Below, in pieces: positions 31,214-42,338 of a DNA stretch of 64,000 nucleotides. Source of the stretch: an uncultured Acidimicrobiia bacterium (GTDB lineage: Bacteria; Acidobacteriota; Terriglobia; Versatilivoradales; Versatilivoraceae); NCBI GenBank assembly GCA_963786955.1, contig CAWBAT010000005.1, forward strand, positions 896,001-960,000, in the 5' to 3' direction. Numbering within the stretch: position 1 is the stretch's first letter; the number at the start of each line of letters is the position of its first letter. The position numbers and the translations under genes are program-made. The notes under the pieces were generated by a model. It was not told the origin of the DNA, ran no database searches, and saw only the letters and a program-made list of their open reading frames with translations.

Positions 31214-32626
31214 TTATTGGGTTGCGCTGAAGGGAGTCCAAGGGAAGGAATCGAGATCCCTTAACAAAGGCTTCTGCCAATCAAATTCTGGATGTGCCGC
31301 GAGATGTTCCGCAGCTCGGAATCGCATACCGCAGGGGTGACCCGTAGCAGCTAGAATAGTCATCTGTTCGGCCAGCGTGGAATCGGTTATTTTGGCTTGG
31401 ACAGCTCCGGCGGGACCGAATGGGGGCTGCCAAGGAAGAGACCCCCGCGGCGAGAGATCAATGTGTCCGCAAAGAGTCCTCTCATTGGGATGGATTCTCC
31501 CTTCGAAAGTATCGAAATGATCGGCTAGGAAGCGTTGCCCAGCAGCGAGATCAATTTTGCCTTTGTTGCCCTCCATCAGCTGTTCCCAACGAATCCGCCG
31601 AGCCGTGGCGCTCTGACTGTTGTCATTACTGTCGAATGTCGTCTCTTCTCGGAGGAGTCTCTCATTGACAGGGAAGTTCGCACCACTGAAATACCCATCA
31701 CCGGTGCGTCGAAGACTCACATGCCTCAAACCGAGTTCAAGGCTCGCAATTTCATTGACCTTCCGGTCCGCCAAGAGCCAATTGTTCGCATATCCCCCAT
31801 TGTTTCCTTCCATCATGATTCGGACAAAATCATCGATCGAAGCTGAATATTGCATGGCCTTGCGCGCCCTGACGAATTCCGGAATGCCGTCGGGATCCCA
31901 GCCTTGAAAACGAGTGATCGTCGTCTCCGTAATCATGATCCCCCGCGAATTAATCCCGAAGTCGTCCGCACTATGAATGAATCCGGCAATACCATCCATC
32001 AAGAGATGGTGTCCACGGGTGGGGACAATATCGAAGATGATATTCCAGCGCGCTCCTTCAAGGTAACTCGACCAGTTGTTATGACCGATCATCACTTTGC
32101 CGTCCCGAGTATAACTGCCAGTCGCAACGAAGGCACTGCAACGGTCCGCAGTGGGCAGGATATGGTCAATGGAGCCAGCTCCACGATTCTTCTCCTCCCA
32201 ATTCACAAAGTAAGGATTTAACTCCAGTGCGGCGTTCATCACCACCAGATCCCACAGGCCCAAAGAAATTCCCTGCTCTTTCATTCCGGCAATGATCCCC
32301 TGTAGCTCTTCCTGATACTCTTTCTCGATCTTGGGCCAGAGTTCGACTTTGGCAACCTCTTGAAAAAATCCCCAAGACTTCATGGTGTCATGAGTTAGCT
32401 CCAGAGCGATGACTTTCTGCATTTCAGAAATCTCATTGGCCAGGAGGCTACCATGTTGGAAACCAATCTCTTCAGGCTTCCCTTCAAGATGCACGTAAAT
32501 CCAGCCATTCTTCACGGGTTCGCGAAATGCCTTTTTGAGACGGGGTTCTTGGGGCAGTTCGTTGGAACGACAGTTGAAGCTGGAAGCAGTCAACAAGAGA
32601 ACCAAAACCAATCGATAGCGCGACAT
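31214..32626 (-). CDS. C45-family / phospholipase-B-like Ntn hydrolase, probable lipoprotein
   Basis: Autoproteolysis site R|CSAFVAT...DG...GHN, GFQHG, NGGYANNWL. Leader MSRYRLVLVLLLTASSFNC. Confidence 0.75.
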   Translation of the reverse strand: MSRYRLVLVLLLTASSFNCRSNELPQEPRLKKAFREPVKNGWIYVHLEGKPEEIGFQHGSLLANEISEMQKVIALELTHDTMKSWGFFQEVAKVELWPKIEKEYQEELQGIIAGMKEQGISLGLWDLVVMNAALELNPYFVNWEEKNRGAGSIDHILPTADRCSAFVATGSYTRDGKVMIGHNNWSSYLEGARWNIIFDIVPTRGHHLLMDGIAGFIHSADDFGINSRGIMITETTITRFQGWDPDGIPEFVRARKAMQYSASIDDFVRIMMEGNNGGYANNWLLADRKVNEIASLELGLRHVSLRRTGDGYFSGANFPVNERLLREETTFDSNDNSQSATARRIRWEQLMEGNKGKIDLAAGQRFLADHFDTFEGRIHPNERTLCGHIDLSPRGSLPWQPPFGPAGAVQAKITDSTLAEQMTILAATGHPCGMRFRAAEHLAAHPEFDWQKPLLRDLDSFPWTPFSATQ

Positions 32627-32794
32627 GACGATCCTCCACAAGTTCCTTACCATCTCGGCGGAGAGAGCAGGGTAATCCGTTCTATCCATTGCTGTAGGTT
32701 CACATAAATTTCGATTGAAATCTTATTCTATGTTATTTTTGGTTTCGTGAGCAGCCAATCCCCATCGGAGTCTACATAGCGGAAGTGTATCCTG

Positions 32795-33931
32795 ATGCCG
32801 GCAATCGTTCAATATTTTGAAGCCCTGCAGCCAACCATGATTTCCTGGCTGGAGGAGTTAATCAATGTGGACAGCCCATCGGATCACAAGTCCGACCTTG
32901 ACCGGCTGGCAGCGAGCTTCGCTTCTCGCTTTCGCCGGAATGGCGCCCAGGTTCAGATCGTCGAGCAAACTGGGAGTGGCAATCATGTTTTGGCTCGTTT
33001 TCTTCCCGCTGATTCTCAGAAAAAGCCTATTCTTTTGCTCGGGCATCTGGATACGGTCTGGGGACCCGGCGAAAGCCAACGCCGGCCAGCTCGTATTGAA
33101 GGCGGGAAAATATTTGGGCCCGGGGCTCTTGACATGCGAGGAGGCCTGACTTTGCTTCTTGCCTTATCCCATTATCTTTCCGAGCACTTCAGCCTTATCA
33201 ATCGCCCGGTGACTCTGCTCCTCAATTCTGATGAGGAAACCGGCAGTCGCACTTCCCGTTCTCTCATTGAATCCGAAGCACGTAAAAGCGACAGCGTTCT
33301 GGTCTTGGAACCCTGCCTGCCCGGAGGCGCAGTGAAGACTTTTCGCAAAGGTGTAGGGACGTTCACCGTTGTCGTCACCGGAGTGTCCGCACATGCAGGT
33401 GTGAATTATGTTAAAGGTGTGAGCGCGATTGAGGAGATGGCCCATCACGTTCTTCAAATCAGCAAACTCGGTAATCCAGAACTAGGAACCACTCTGAATG
33501 TCGGAGTCATTCGAGGAGGATCCCATTCCAATGTCATTGCGGATCACGCTGAAATTGAAGTTGACTTCAGGGTGAAGACTCAAGCGGAAAGCGAACGGCT
33601 CATGCAGGAAATACGCCGCATGAAAACCATCCATCCAGAAGCGACTCTTCACATCTCGGGTGGGCTCAACCGACCCCCGCTGGAGCGCTCCGAGAAGAAT
33701 ACAGAGTTGTTTCAAAGAGCACGTCATATTGCGTCCGAGTTGGGGATCACCCTGGAGGAAGGAGAAACCGGCGGAGGAAGTGACGGTTGCTTTACGGCTG
33801 CCCTCGGCATTCCCACCCTGGACGGCTTGGGTCCCGATGGCGACGGTCCCCATGCCCTGCACGAACATGTTTTGATTTCAAGCCTTGCCCCGCGGGCCGC
33901 CCTCCTGACAGAACTGGTCATAAAGCTCTGA
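32795..33931 (+). CDS. M20 metallopeptidase (glutamate carboxypeptidase / amidohydrolase-like)
   Basis: [36 protein letters not shown]. Confidence 0.9.
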   Translation: MPAIVQYFEALQPTMISWLEELINVDSPSDHKSDLDRLAASFASRFRRNGAQVQIVEQTGSGNHVLARFLPADSQKKPILLLGHLDTVWGPGESQRRPARIEGGKIFGPGALDMRGGLTLLLALSHYLSEHFSLINRPVTLLLNSDEETGSRTSRSLIESEARKSDSVLVLEPCLPGGAVKTFRKGVGTFTVVVTGVSAHAGVNYVKGVSAIEEMAHHVLQISKLGNPELGTTLNVGVIRGGSHSNVIADHAEIEVDFRVKTQAESERLMQEIRRMKTIHPEATLHISGGLNRPPLERSEKNTELFQRARHIASELGITLEEGETGGGSDGCFTAALGIPTLDGLGPDGDGPHALHEHVLISSLAPRAALLTELVIKL

Positions 33932-33941
33932 TCTTGAGACC

Positions 33942-35054
33942 ATGCCGATGAAGATTGAACAGATCGAAATCCGGGAAATCCAGATGCCCCTCGTCTCACC
34001 CTTTGAGACCAGCTTCGGCAGGACCGACCGCCGGCGCATTATCCTAGTGAGCGTTTTTTCAGAAGGAATCATAGGTTATGGGGAATCCACTTCCCCGGAA
34101 GGGCCGTTCTATAATCATGAGTCCACGGAAACTGCCTGGCATCTTCTCAAAGATTTTATCGTGCCGCGAATTTTAGAAAAAGAGAGCGCCTCCGCGGAAG
34201 AAATTTCTTCGCTGTTGAAACCCATTCGTGGCCATGCCATGGCCAAGGCCGCCGTTGAAACGGCATTCTGGGACTTACAGGCAAAACGGGAAGGACGCCC
34301 CCTCTACCAGTTGCTCGGGGGCAGACGAAAGTTCATTAATTGCGGAGTCTCGATTGGAATCCAAGGTTCTGTAAAGGAACTACTCAAAAAAATCGAGAGG
34401 GAATTAGAAGCAGGATATCAACGGATTAAAATTAAGATAAAACCTGGATGGGATCTGGAGATCGTCCGGGAAGTCAGGAGCTATTTCCCAAACATTTTAC
34501 TCATGTGCGACGCAAATTCCGCTTACACTCTCGCAGACATTGATCTTTTCAGGAGGTTGGATGAATATCATTTGTTGATGATCGAACAACCCCTGGCGTG
34601 GAACGACATCCTGGACCACATTCAGCTACAGTCGGCCATTAAGACACCTATCTGCCTGGATGAGTCCATTCTGGACAGCGACGATGCTCGAAAGGCCATT
34701 GAATCGGGGGCTTGTCAAATTATTAATATAAAATTGGGCCGTGTCGGAGGTTACACTGAGGCCAAAAGGGTCCATGATGTCTGTCAAGCTCATTCCATCC
34801 CCGTTTGGTGCGGAGGGATGCTTGAGGCTGGCATAGGGAGGGCTCATAATATCGCCTTATCGACTCTGGAGAATTTTTGTCTCCCCGGAGACGTTTCTGC
34901 CAGCAAACGCTACTTCGTCCAGGATATTATTGACCCACCTGTGGAAGTTGATTCCCGCGGACGAATTATTGTTCCTGACGCCCCTGGCACTGGCTTCCAA
35001 CCAAACCGACAGCGCATCGCGGCAGTCACGGTTCGAGCGGAGGTACTGCGCTAA
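33942..35054 (+). CDS. menC: o-succinylbenzoate synthase / N-acylamino acid racemase (NSAR-OSBS subfamily)
   Basis: [59 protein letters not shown]. Confidence 0.88.
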   Translation: MPMKIEQIEIREIQMPLVSPFETSFGRTDRRRIILVSVFSEGIIGYGESTSPEGPFYNHESTETAWHLLKDFIVPRILEKESASAEEISSLLKPIRGHAMAKAAVETAFWDLQAKREGRPLYQLLGGRRKFINCGVSIGIQGSVKELLKKIERELEAGYQRIKIKIKPGWDLEIVREVRSYFPNILLMCDANSAYTLADIDLFRRLDEYHLLMIEQPLAWNDILDHIQLQSAIKTPICLDESILDSDDARKAIESGACQIINIKLGRVGGYTEAKRVHDVCQAHSIPVWCGGMLEAGIGRAHNIALSTLENFCLPGDVSASKRYFVQDIIDPPVEVDSRGRIIVPDAPGTGFQPNRQRIAAVTVRAEVLR

Positions 35055-35056
35055 TC

Positions 35057-35968
35057 ATGGAAAAGATCCTCATTACCGGGATCAGCGGCTTCTTAGGTTG
35101 GAATCTGGCGCTGAGACTGCGTTCATCCTTTCACGTGTATGGCGCCTACCTTGATCATCAGATTCAGATCCCATCGGTCGAAACATTCGCTTTTGACTTG
35201 GCGAATCACACTCAAATCGAAAGGCTTTGTGATGCCATTGAACCCAAGATCATTATTCACACGGCCGCGCTTTCTGATCCGGATTATTGCGAACTCAATC
35301 ACAACGCCGCGCTGGCCATCAATACCTTTGCGACTCGAGAACTCGCAAAAGCTGCCAACCATCATGGCAGCAGACTCATCTATACTTCAACCGATCTGGT
35401 TTTTGACGGGAGCAAAGGGAATTATACGGAAGCAGATTCTCCTGCTCCCCAAAGCTACTATGGAAAAACCAAATATCTGGGTGAACTGGAAATCTCGAAC
35501 ATTTGCAGCAATTACGTCATCTTGCGACTCTCACTTTTGTACGGACGGGGAAACGGCCTCAGGCTGTGTTCCTTTGAAAAGCTCGAGCAACAGGCACTTC
35601 GAGGCGATCGGGCCAATCTGTTCGTGGACCAGTTTCGTTCACCACTCTATATTGGAGACGCTCTGGAAGCGATCACCCGACTGACTCATTCAAGAGATCA
35701 AAAAGGATTGTTTCATCTGGGGGGACCGCAAAGAATGAGCCGATTTGAATTTGGGGAAAGCTTCTGTAAAGTCTATGGCTTCCCTCAGACCCTCTTAGTC
35801 CCTATTGAAATGAGCAAAGCCAAACTGCAGGCACCTCGCCCCCCGGACTGTTCCCTCCTGGGCACCAAACTTCAAAAAGCGATCGATCTTCAGTTAACCC
35901 TCATTGGAGAAGCGCTGGAAATTCTTCGTCCAAAAGGAAGTCCTTTAGAAAATTCCCCAAAAACTTGA
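35057..35968 (+). CDS. RmlD/RfbD-like extended SDR oxidoreductase
   Basis: ITGISGFLG, HTAALS, STDLVFDG, YYGKTK (YxxxK), DQFRSP. Confidence 0.85.
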   Translation: MEKILITGISGFLGWNLALRLRSSFHVYGAYLDHQIQIPSVETFAFDLANHTQIERLCDAIEPKIIIHTAALSDPDYCELNHNAALAINTFATRELAKAANHHGSRLIYTSTDLVFDGSKGNYTEADSPAPQSYYGKTKYLGELEISNICSNYVILRLSLLYGRGNGLRLCSFEKLEQQALRGDRANLFVDQFRSPLYIGDALEAITRLTHSRDQKGLFHLGGPQRMSRFEFGESFCKVYGFPQTLLVPIEMSKAKLQAPRPPDCSLLGTKLQKAIDLQLTLIGEALEILRPKGSPLENSPKT

Positions 35969-36086
35969 GGGCATTTCAACGCCAATCTATCTCTCGTTCA
36001 TTGCGAACACTTAATGAATGCCTTCTGATCGGGTGGAGGAAGAATCCGCCTTCCTTCAATGTTGAATGGTGCCCAATCATCCCCGG

Positions 36087-36923
36087 TCACTCTATCGCAC
36101 GAACAAATTTCACACACTTATCAACATCTTCCTGAGGATCCTCTCCCTCTTCGTACTCAATGGCCACCAAACCATCGAAACGCTCCTGAACTAACATTTT
36201 AACCATCTCAGCAGGTTTTCCCTTCCCTGTTCCAAAAAGGACATTTTTGTCCGTTCCGGGCCCCACAACATCCTTGAGATGGATTAGCTGCACTCGAGGC
36301 TTCAGTTGTTGGAAGGCGTCAACAGGGTCATATCCACAAGAAACCATATGGCCGGTGTCAAGAGTGGCTCCGATGTGATTCGACGTGATCGAGAAAACCT
36401 TCAAGAAATCCTCCGGGCTCTGATACTCAAATTCCCCATCCTTAAAGAAGTGGTTGTGGATCCCAAAATAAAGGCCGTTCTTTTGGAATGCCTTATCGAG
36501 AGCAAGCAACGATTCACCGGTCGTATCCCCTGAAACGTGCTGAATGCCAAGAATCTTTGCGATTTCAAGGACTTTCTGGATGTCGTCGTTGCTTTTGACT
36601 GCGGAACAATACCAGGAACGGACCTGAATATTTCCTTTCTTGAAGAGTTCAGACAATGGGCCAAAATCTTCTACTCGCGCTCTGGGCAGCATCGTTTGCG
36701 GATGCGAGAGCTCAATCGTATCAATCTGGAGCAGGTGTAATCGTTCAATCATCAAGTCTGGGGAAAGCTTTCTAAATGTATAGCTGCCAATACCTAGCGT
36801 GAACTTCGCTTTCGGTGATGGTTGGACAATGGCCTGGATTCTCTTGGGAATACATGTCAGACCGGCACCCATAGCCAGTGCAGAAACCTTTAAAGCGAAT
36901 TCTCTGCGGTTTAGTTGTGTCAC
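36087..36923 (-). CDS. Tat-exported sugar phosphate isomerase/epimerase (xylose-isomerase-like TIM barrel)
   Basis: NRREF Tat motif, GIHNH, DTGH, IHLKD, IEYE. GTG start abuts the tsaD stop. Confidence 0.85.
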   Translation of the reverse strand: MTQLNRREFALKVSALAMGAGLTCIPKRIQAIVQPSPKAKFTLGIGSYTFRKLSPDLMIERLHLLQIDTIELSHPQTMLPRARVEDFGPLSELFKKGNIQVRSWYCSAVKSNDDIQKVLEIAKILGIQHVSGDTTGESLLALDKAFQKNGLYFGIHNHFFKDGEFEYQSPEDFLKVFSITSNHIGATLDTGHMVSCGYDPVDAFQQLKPRVQLIHLKDVVGPGTDKNVLFGTGKGKPAEMVKMLVQERFDGLVAIEYEEGEDPQEDVDKCVKFVRAIE

Positions 36924-38060
36924 TCAGCCCTCCCTTAAGGGGAATTGTTGATGAAGTTTCAAACTAACGTCAGCATTCAAGGTCAAATCGGCGCAGATGC
37001 CAGCAGCAAGTTTCGGATAACCCGCTGCCGCAATCATGGCCGCATTGTCTGTCGACAAGATCGAAGAGGGGAAATAGACCGGCAACCCAACCTCCGAAAA
37101 CCCACTCTGAAAACGCCTTCTCAGCAGCCGATTACAGGCAACTCCCCCGGAAATCATGATGGACTGGGGGAGTCGGGACTCGGCCGCTTTGGCCGTATTC
37201 GCAAAAAGGGTTTCAACAACATTCCACTGGAAGCTGGCAATCAAATCATAGACGGATTGAGGGAGCTGATCGAGGAATGTTTCCTCTTTGTGAGCGGCCC
37301 TCAGGAAAGACATTTCCTGCTCAAAATTCGCCTGAATATATCTCAGTACAGCCGTCTTGATTCCAGAAAAACTGAAGTCCAGTTTCCCATTCGAAATTCT
37401 TGTAGTTGGAAATTTGACTCTCCAAGGATCCCCTCTCTCCGCGAGGCGATCGATGACCGGCCCTCCTGGATAACCGAGATATAGCAGTTTTGCGACTTTG
37501 TCGAACGCTTCTCCAGCGGCGTCATCGCGGGTTCTCCCGACCAGTTCGATCTGGCTCAGCGGTTCTGCAGGGCTGCCCAGATGCTTAACCCAGTAAAGAG
37601 AAGTGTGGCCTCCCGATACAATCAAACATAACGCCGGAAATAGTTCTGACCAGTCTGGAGTAGACTGGCCTACCCACTCCGGTCGATGAGCCCATTCCAG
37701 AGGGACCGAGTAGAGATGACCCTCAAGATGATTCACCGGAGTGACCGGAACACCCAAAGCATAGGAGAGGGCTTTGGCATAGTTAACTCCAACGAGCAAG
37801 GAGCCGATAAGTCCTGGGCCTTGAGTCACCGCAATCCCATCGAGATCGGTGAAGGCGATGTCGGCTTCCTCGATTGCCTGCCGAACAATCAGGACGATAC
37901 TCTCCAGATGATGCCGGGAAGCCAACTCGGGTACAACGCCCCCGAATTTTCGATGGATCGCAATTTGAGACGCGACGACATTTGAGAGAATGGATCGCCC
38001 TTTTCGCAGGACCGCGGCCGCGGTCTCGTCACAGGAGGTTTCGATTCCGAGAGTCAACAT
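36924..38060 (-). CDS. tsaD: tRNA N6-threonylcarbamoyltransferase TsaD
   Basis: LGIETSCDET, GGVVPELASRHH, HLEGH, VSGGHT, DDAAGEAFDKVA, FSFSGIKT, TDNAAMIA. Confidence 0.97.
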   Translation of the reverse strand: MLTLGIETSCDETAAAVLRKGRSILSNVVASQIAIHRKFGGVVPELASRHHLESIVLIVRQAIEEADIAFTDLDGIAVTQGPGLIGSLLVGVNYAKALSYALGVPVTPVNHLEGHLYSVPLEWAHRPEWVGQSTPDWSELFPALCLIVSGGHTSLYWVKHLGSPAEPLSQIELVGRTRDDAAGEAFDKVAKLLYLGYPGGPVIDRLAERGDPWRVKFPTTRISNGKLDFSFSGIKTAVLRYIQANFEQEMSFLRAAHKEETFLDQLPQSVYDLIASFQWNVVETLFANTAKAAESRLPQSIMISGGVACNRLLRRRFQSGFSEVGLPVYFPSSILSTDNAAMIAAAGYPKLAAGICADLTLNADVSLKLHQQFPLREG

Positions 38061-38140
38061 GGTGGGAGCGCTTGCTGTTTGACGCAGGCAGATGAATCTG
38101 CTATAGTTTATTGTTTTATAATATGGATTAGGAGGCTCAC

Positions 38141-38332
38141 ATGGCAGCTCGATGTGAGATTTGTGGCAAGGCCCCTACATTCGGCAATAATGTCAGCCAT
38201 GCGAATAATATCACCAAGCGGCGCTGGAATCCGAACCTTCAGCGCGTCCGGTTGATCATCGATGGAGCCCATAAGCGGGCCAGAGTTTGCACCTCGTGCA
38301 TTCGAAGTGGCAGAGTCATAAAATCTCATTAA
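38141..38332 (+). CDS. rpmB: 50S ribosomal protein L28 (Zn-ribbon form)
   Basis: MAARCEICGK..GNNVSHAN..TKRRWNPNLQ..CTSCIRSG; AGGAGG SD. Confidence 0.96.
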   Translation: MAARCEICGKAPTFGNNVSHANNITKRRWNPNLQRVRLIIDGAHKRARVCTSCIRSGRVIKSH

Positions 38333-38333
38333 C

Positions 38334-38391
38334 AACGTGCACTCTCTCGAAAGCCTTTCTTCGTTCGCAAGGGTGTGAGAGGGTGCTCGTT
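38334..38391. terminator. Long hairpin between convergent rpmB and ridA
   Basis: GCACTCTCTC (38339-48) pairs with GAGAGGGTGC (38377-86), extended by AACG/CGTT and an inner stem. T-rich sequence follows. Confidence 0.5.
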
Positions 38392-38457
38392 CCTCTTGTT
38401 TGATCCCTTTCGTGCTTGTGTTCTGCAACAAAGTGGTTCTCAGGACCCCATCACTCC

Positions 38458-38847
38458 TCAACCCTCCACCACCGCAATCGCATCAATTTCAACTTTTACT
38501 TGACGAGGAAGTTTCGATACCTCCACCGTCGAGCGGGCGGGGGGAGCTTTCTGAAAAAATTGCTGATAAACTTCATTCATCTTGGGAAAATCATCCAGGT
38601 TTGTTAAATAGACGGTCGTTTTCAGTACGCTTTCCAAGGACGATCCCCCCGCTTTAAGGACTTCTTCCAGATTCTCTAAAACCTTTCGAGTCTGCAACTC
38701 AATTCCTCCTTGAACCACTTCTCCGCTCGACGGGTCCAGTGGAATTTGGCCAGAAAGGAATAGCAGTTCCCCACACTTGATGCTGACCCCTTGCGAATAG
38801 GGACCAATAGCCCGAGGCGCTTTGTCTGTTGCCACCAATGACTTCAT
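38458..38847 (-). CDS. ridA: RidA/YjgF enamine-imine deaminase
   Basis: APRAIGPYSQ, LSGQIPLDP, VLKTTVYL, PARSTVEV, VEIDAIA. Confidence 0.93.
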   Translation of the reverse strand: MKSLVATDKAPRAIGPYSQGVSIKCGELLFLSGQIPLDPSSGEVVQGGIELQTRKVLENLEEVLKAGGSSLESVLKTTVYLTNLDDFPKMNEVYQQFFQKAPPARSTVEVSKLPRQVKVEIDAIAVVEG

Positions 38848-38969
38848 GTCAATCCGTCTCCTTTATTGCCATCTACCCTATCTACAAATCCCGTCTGGCA
38901 GTGGAAAGCAGGTGTTTTTCCGTTCTTAGCTGGAGAGCTAAATTGCTGCGAGAAATCCATGCCCACCGC

Positions 38970-41121
38970 TTATTGCCACGTAATTTCGGTAATGCCTTTA
39001 ATCTTCTTGATTGAGCCAATTGTTTTTTCCAGGTGCTTCAAATCAGCCACTTCGATCGTCACGTGGACGAGTCCGCGTTGATCCTCAGACTGTGCTTCGA
39101 TATTCTTGATATTGGCATGAAGGTCGGAAATGACCGAGGTGATCTCCGCCAGCATTCCTTGACGATCATCTACCAGGATAGACAGCTTGACAGCATAAGA
39201 ACTTTCGGAGGAGGAAGTCCACTCCACATCAATCTTCCGATCCGCTTCATAAAGCAAGTTCCCTACATTGGCGCAACGTTTGGCATGGACCGCAACTCCC
39301 TTGCCGCGTGTGATGTATCCGACGATCTCTTCACCTCGGATGGGGTTGCAGCATTTTGCTCGATAAACCAGCAAATCGTCGATCCCTTTCACCTGGATCG
39401 TAGCACCCGAAGAAAAGCGCAGCACCTTTTTGACCGTCGAAGCAAACTTAGAGACCTTCTCTTCCTTCGCCGCCTCCATTTCATCCGGAGTCAAGAATTT
39501 GCTCAAAAGCGCCCGAACAGAAAGTTTCCCGAAACCAAGTGCTGAATAAAGGTCTTCCAACTTGGTACAACCGTAATCTGGCGCTGCTTTTAAGAGCGTG
39601 CCATCGTCAATAAGCTTCTTGAGATTCAACTTATACTTCTTGGCTTCTTTTTCGAAGATTTTCTTCCCAATTTCAATGGAGCGGGCCTTCTGAGTAACAT
39701 TGATGAAATGGCGAATCTTGTTGCGGGCTTTTGAAGTCTTGACAACAGAAAGCCAATCCCGGCTTGGGGTATGACCCTGCTGAGTCTGAATCTCGACGAT
39801 ATCGCCATTCTTCAGTTTGGACCGCAAGGGTACAATACGCCCATTCACCTTTGCGCCAGTGCAAGAATTTCCCACTTCCGTGTGGATGGCATAAGCAAAA
39901 TCGACAGGGGTTGCATCCCTGGGTAGAATAATGACCTTCCCTTTTGGGGTAAATGTATAGACCTCTTCTGGATACAAATCGATCTTGAGCGTACTCAGAA
40001 AGTCGCTCGGGTCTTGCATCTCTTGTTGCCACTCCACAAGATGGCGAAGCCACAAGAAGCGTTGGTCATCTTTTTGATTTAAACCTTTGCCGCTCTTATA
40101 CTTCCAATGTGCAGCAATTCCCTCTTCCGCCACACGGTGCATGTCTTGTGTGCGGATCTGCACTTCAAAATGCTGTCCACGTGATTCGATCACGGAAGTA
40201 TGCAGTGACTGGTACATGTTAGGGCGGGGGATGGCAATGAAATCCTTGATTCTGCCGGGAACCGGTCGCCAAATGTTATGGATGATTCCTAAGGCTGCAT
40301 AGCAGTCCTTGACCGTGTCTGTAATGATTCGGACGGCGAGCAGATCGTAAACCTGTTCGATGGGAATTTTTTGACGTTTGATCTTCTCATAGATGCTGTA
40401 AATTCTCTTCATGCGCGAATCCACGGTCCCCGGGATATCGTGTTCGCGAAGTTTTTGAACAATGACTTCTTTGACTTCATCCAGGAACTCTTGGCGAACT
40501 TTATATCGGCTCTCGATGGTTTCTTTGATTTCCCGGTAGAGTTTCAGGCTCCAGGTAACTAAAGGCCAGATCTTCCAACTCACCGCGAATTTTCCCCATT
40601 CCGAGGCGGTGAGCGATTGGCGCATAAATTTCAAGAGTCTCCTGGGCAATCCGATGCTGCTTCTCCGGCGGCAGAAACTGCAAGGTCCGCATATTATGCA
40701 GGCGATCCGCCAATTTCACTAGAACGACACGAATATCGTCCACCATCGCCAGAAACATTTTGCGGAAATTTTCGGCTTGTTCTTCCTCTTTGGAATAAAA
40801 GTGAAATTGATTGATCTTGGTGAGCCCATTCACGATTTGGGAAACGTCTTTCCCAAACTGGGCCTCGATCGTCTCGATGGGGGTCTGCGTATCTTCTACC
40901 ACGTCGTGAAGCAGCCCCACACAAATGCAGACCGCATCCAGTCGCATCTCTGCCAGGATCCGGGCCACGGCCAAGGGATGAATGAGATACGGCTCCCCCG
41001 ACTTCCGAACTTGCCCCTCATGCCCCTGCTGAGCAAAAGCGAATGCTTTCCGGATGATATCAAAGTCATCATTCGGATGATTCTTCTCAGCGACTGCCAG
41101 AATGCTTTCCAGATCTGCCAT
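38970..41121 (-). CDS. relA: Bifunctional (p)ppGpp synthetase/hydrolase, frameshifted near 40542
   Basis: HD domain (RKSGEPYLIHP, LLHDVVED, KLADRLHNMRTL), synthetase (YQSLHT, EVQIRT), TGS, CC (AKCCNP) and ACT. Removing one A joins LEPE-LYREIK. Confidence 0.95.
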
Positions 41122-41169
41122 AAATCAATACTAATGGAAATCTCAATGGGAACGCAACCGACGACCAAT

Positions 41170-41205
41170 AAAAAAGCCCCTTGAGGAGGGGTCCTCAAGA
41201 GGCTT
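41170..41205 (-). terminator. Rho-independent terminator after the TPR lipoprotein gene
   Basis: Minus strand AAGCCTCTTGAGGA-CCCC-TCCTCAAGGGGCTT followed by a T tract. Confidence 0.8.
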
Positions 41206-41233
41206 CACTATAGAACCAGTTGGGGAAATTCAA

Positions 41234-42075
41234 CTATTTGTTCGGGTCGACAACGCCCTTGGTTTCGGCTTTGGCTTCTACTTGCTTGCGAACTTCCATG
41301 GCCTTATTGAAATTTTCGTCTGCTTCCTTCAGATAATTCTTGTAATCATTATATCGATCCCCGGCATATTTTTTACCAGTGGATCCACGGCCTTGGGATC
41401 CAACGACGCAACTGTGAACTGGTCCTCCAATTTCGGATTATTCAGCGTCAATTGATCAATAATGACTTGTGCTTTCTGCCTCAAGAGGAGGTTAATATAG
41501 AAATAGGCATTGTAATAGTTGGGATCAATCTCGACGGCCTTATTCAGACTTTGAATCCCTTCCTCAACGAGTTCCGCCTTCTTAGCGGGGGGCAAGGGAT
41601 GAGACTTGTCGTAGCAGAGAACCCAGTTCACGTTCCCAATGCTGTAAAATGGCTCAGGATTATTGGGCTCGAGCTCTGCGGTTTTCTTATAATACGTTTT
41701 CGCATTCTCAAAATCCCGCATGTTAAAGTAAATACCCGCGATTCCTTTAACGGATCCAATGTTGGCAGGATCCTTCTGGAGCACGGATTCGAAGGCTTTA
41801 ATCGCTTCTTCTCCGATCTTCTTGTTTTCTTCGGACTCACCACCGGGCTGGTACTGAGCTGCGTACGCGGTGGCAAGGTACAAATGCGCGCCAACAAGAT
41901 CCGGATCCAGATTCACAGCATTCTTGAAGTGCTCTACAGCCGTTTCGTATTTCGCGTCTTTGAACGATCGAACCCCTTTGTTCAGCTCATCTCTAGCCTT
42001 GAGCTTGGAACAACCGATCAAAGCGATGCATAGCAGGGAGAGAATGACTGCTATGGACTTTGTTCTAAACTTCAT
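41234..42075 (-). CDS. TPR lipoprotein (frameshift in an A run near 41370)
   Basis: Lipobox LIGC after MKFRTKS and a hydrophobic core, with multiple TPRs. Adding one A extends the protein to VKKYAGDRY...VDPNK* at 41234. Confidence 0.82.
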
Positions 42076-42279
42076 TGAATTCCTCCACAGTCCTGAAATT
42101 TCAGAAATAATGACGTCTTGGTTGCGTTTCGATTTTTCTGAAAGAAGCTTTGGCAGAAATCGACGCGGCAAGCCAAAGAATCAAGTTGCTGTCCTCGATG
42201 GGGTCCTGTGCTCCCACTCCCTTCGCAGGTCCTGTCAGCTATTGGAGCGGTGCAAAATTACCAAGATCTATCGGAAGGC

Positions 42280-42312
42280 AAAAAGAGGAGGTTCTAGGCA
42301 GAACCTCCTCTT
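42280..42312 (-). terminator. Rho-independent terminator after the second exbD
   Basis: Perfect 12-bp stem AAGAGGAGGTTC/GAACCTCCTCTT with a 6-nt loop and a T tract on the minus strand. Confidence 0.85.
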
Positions 42313-42338
42313 GATCTTATTTGAGGCAAGCCTCTCTC

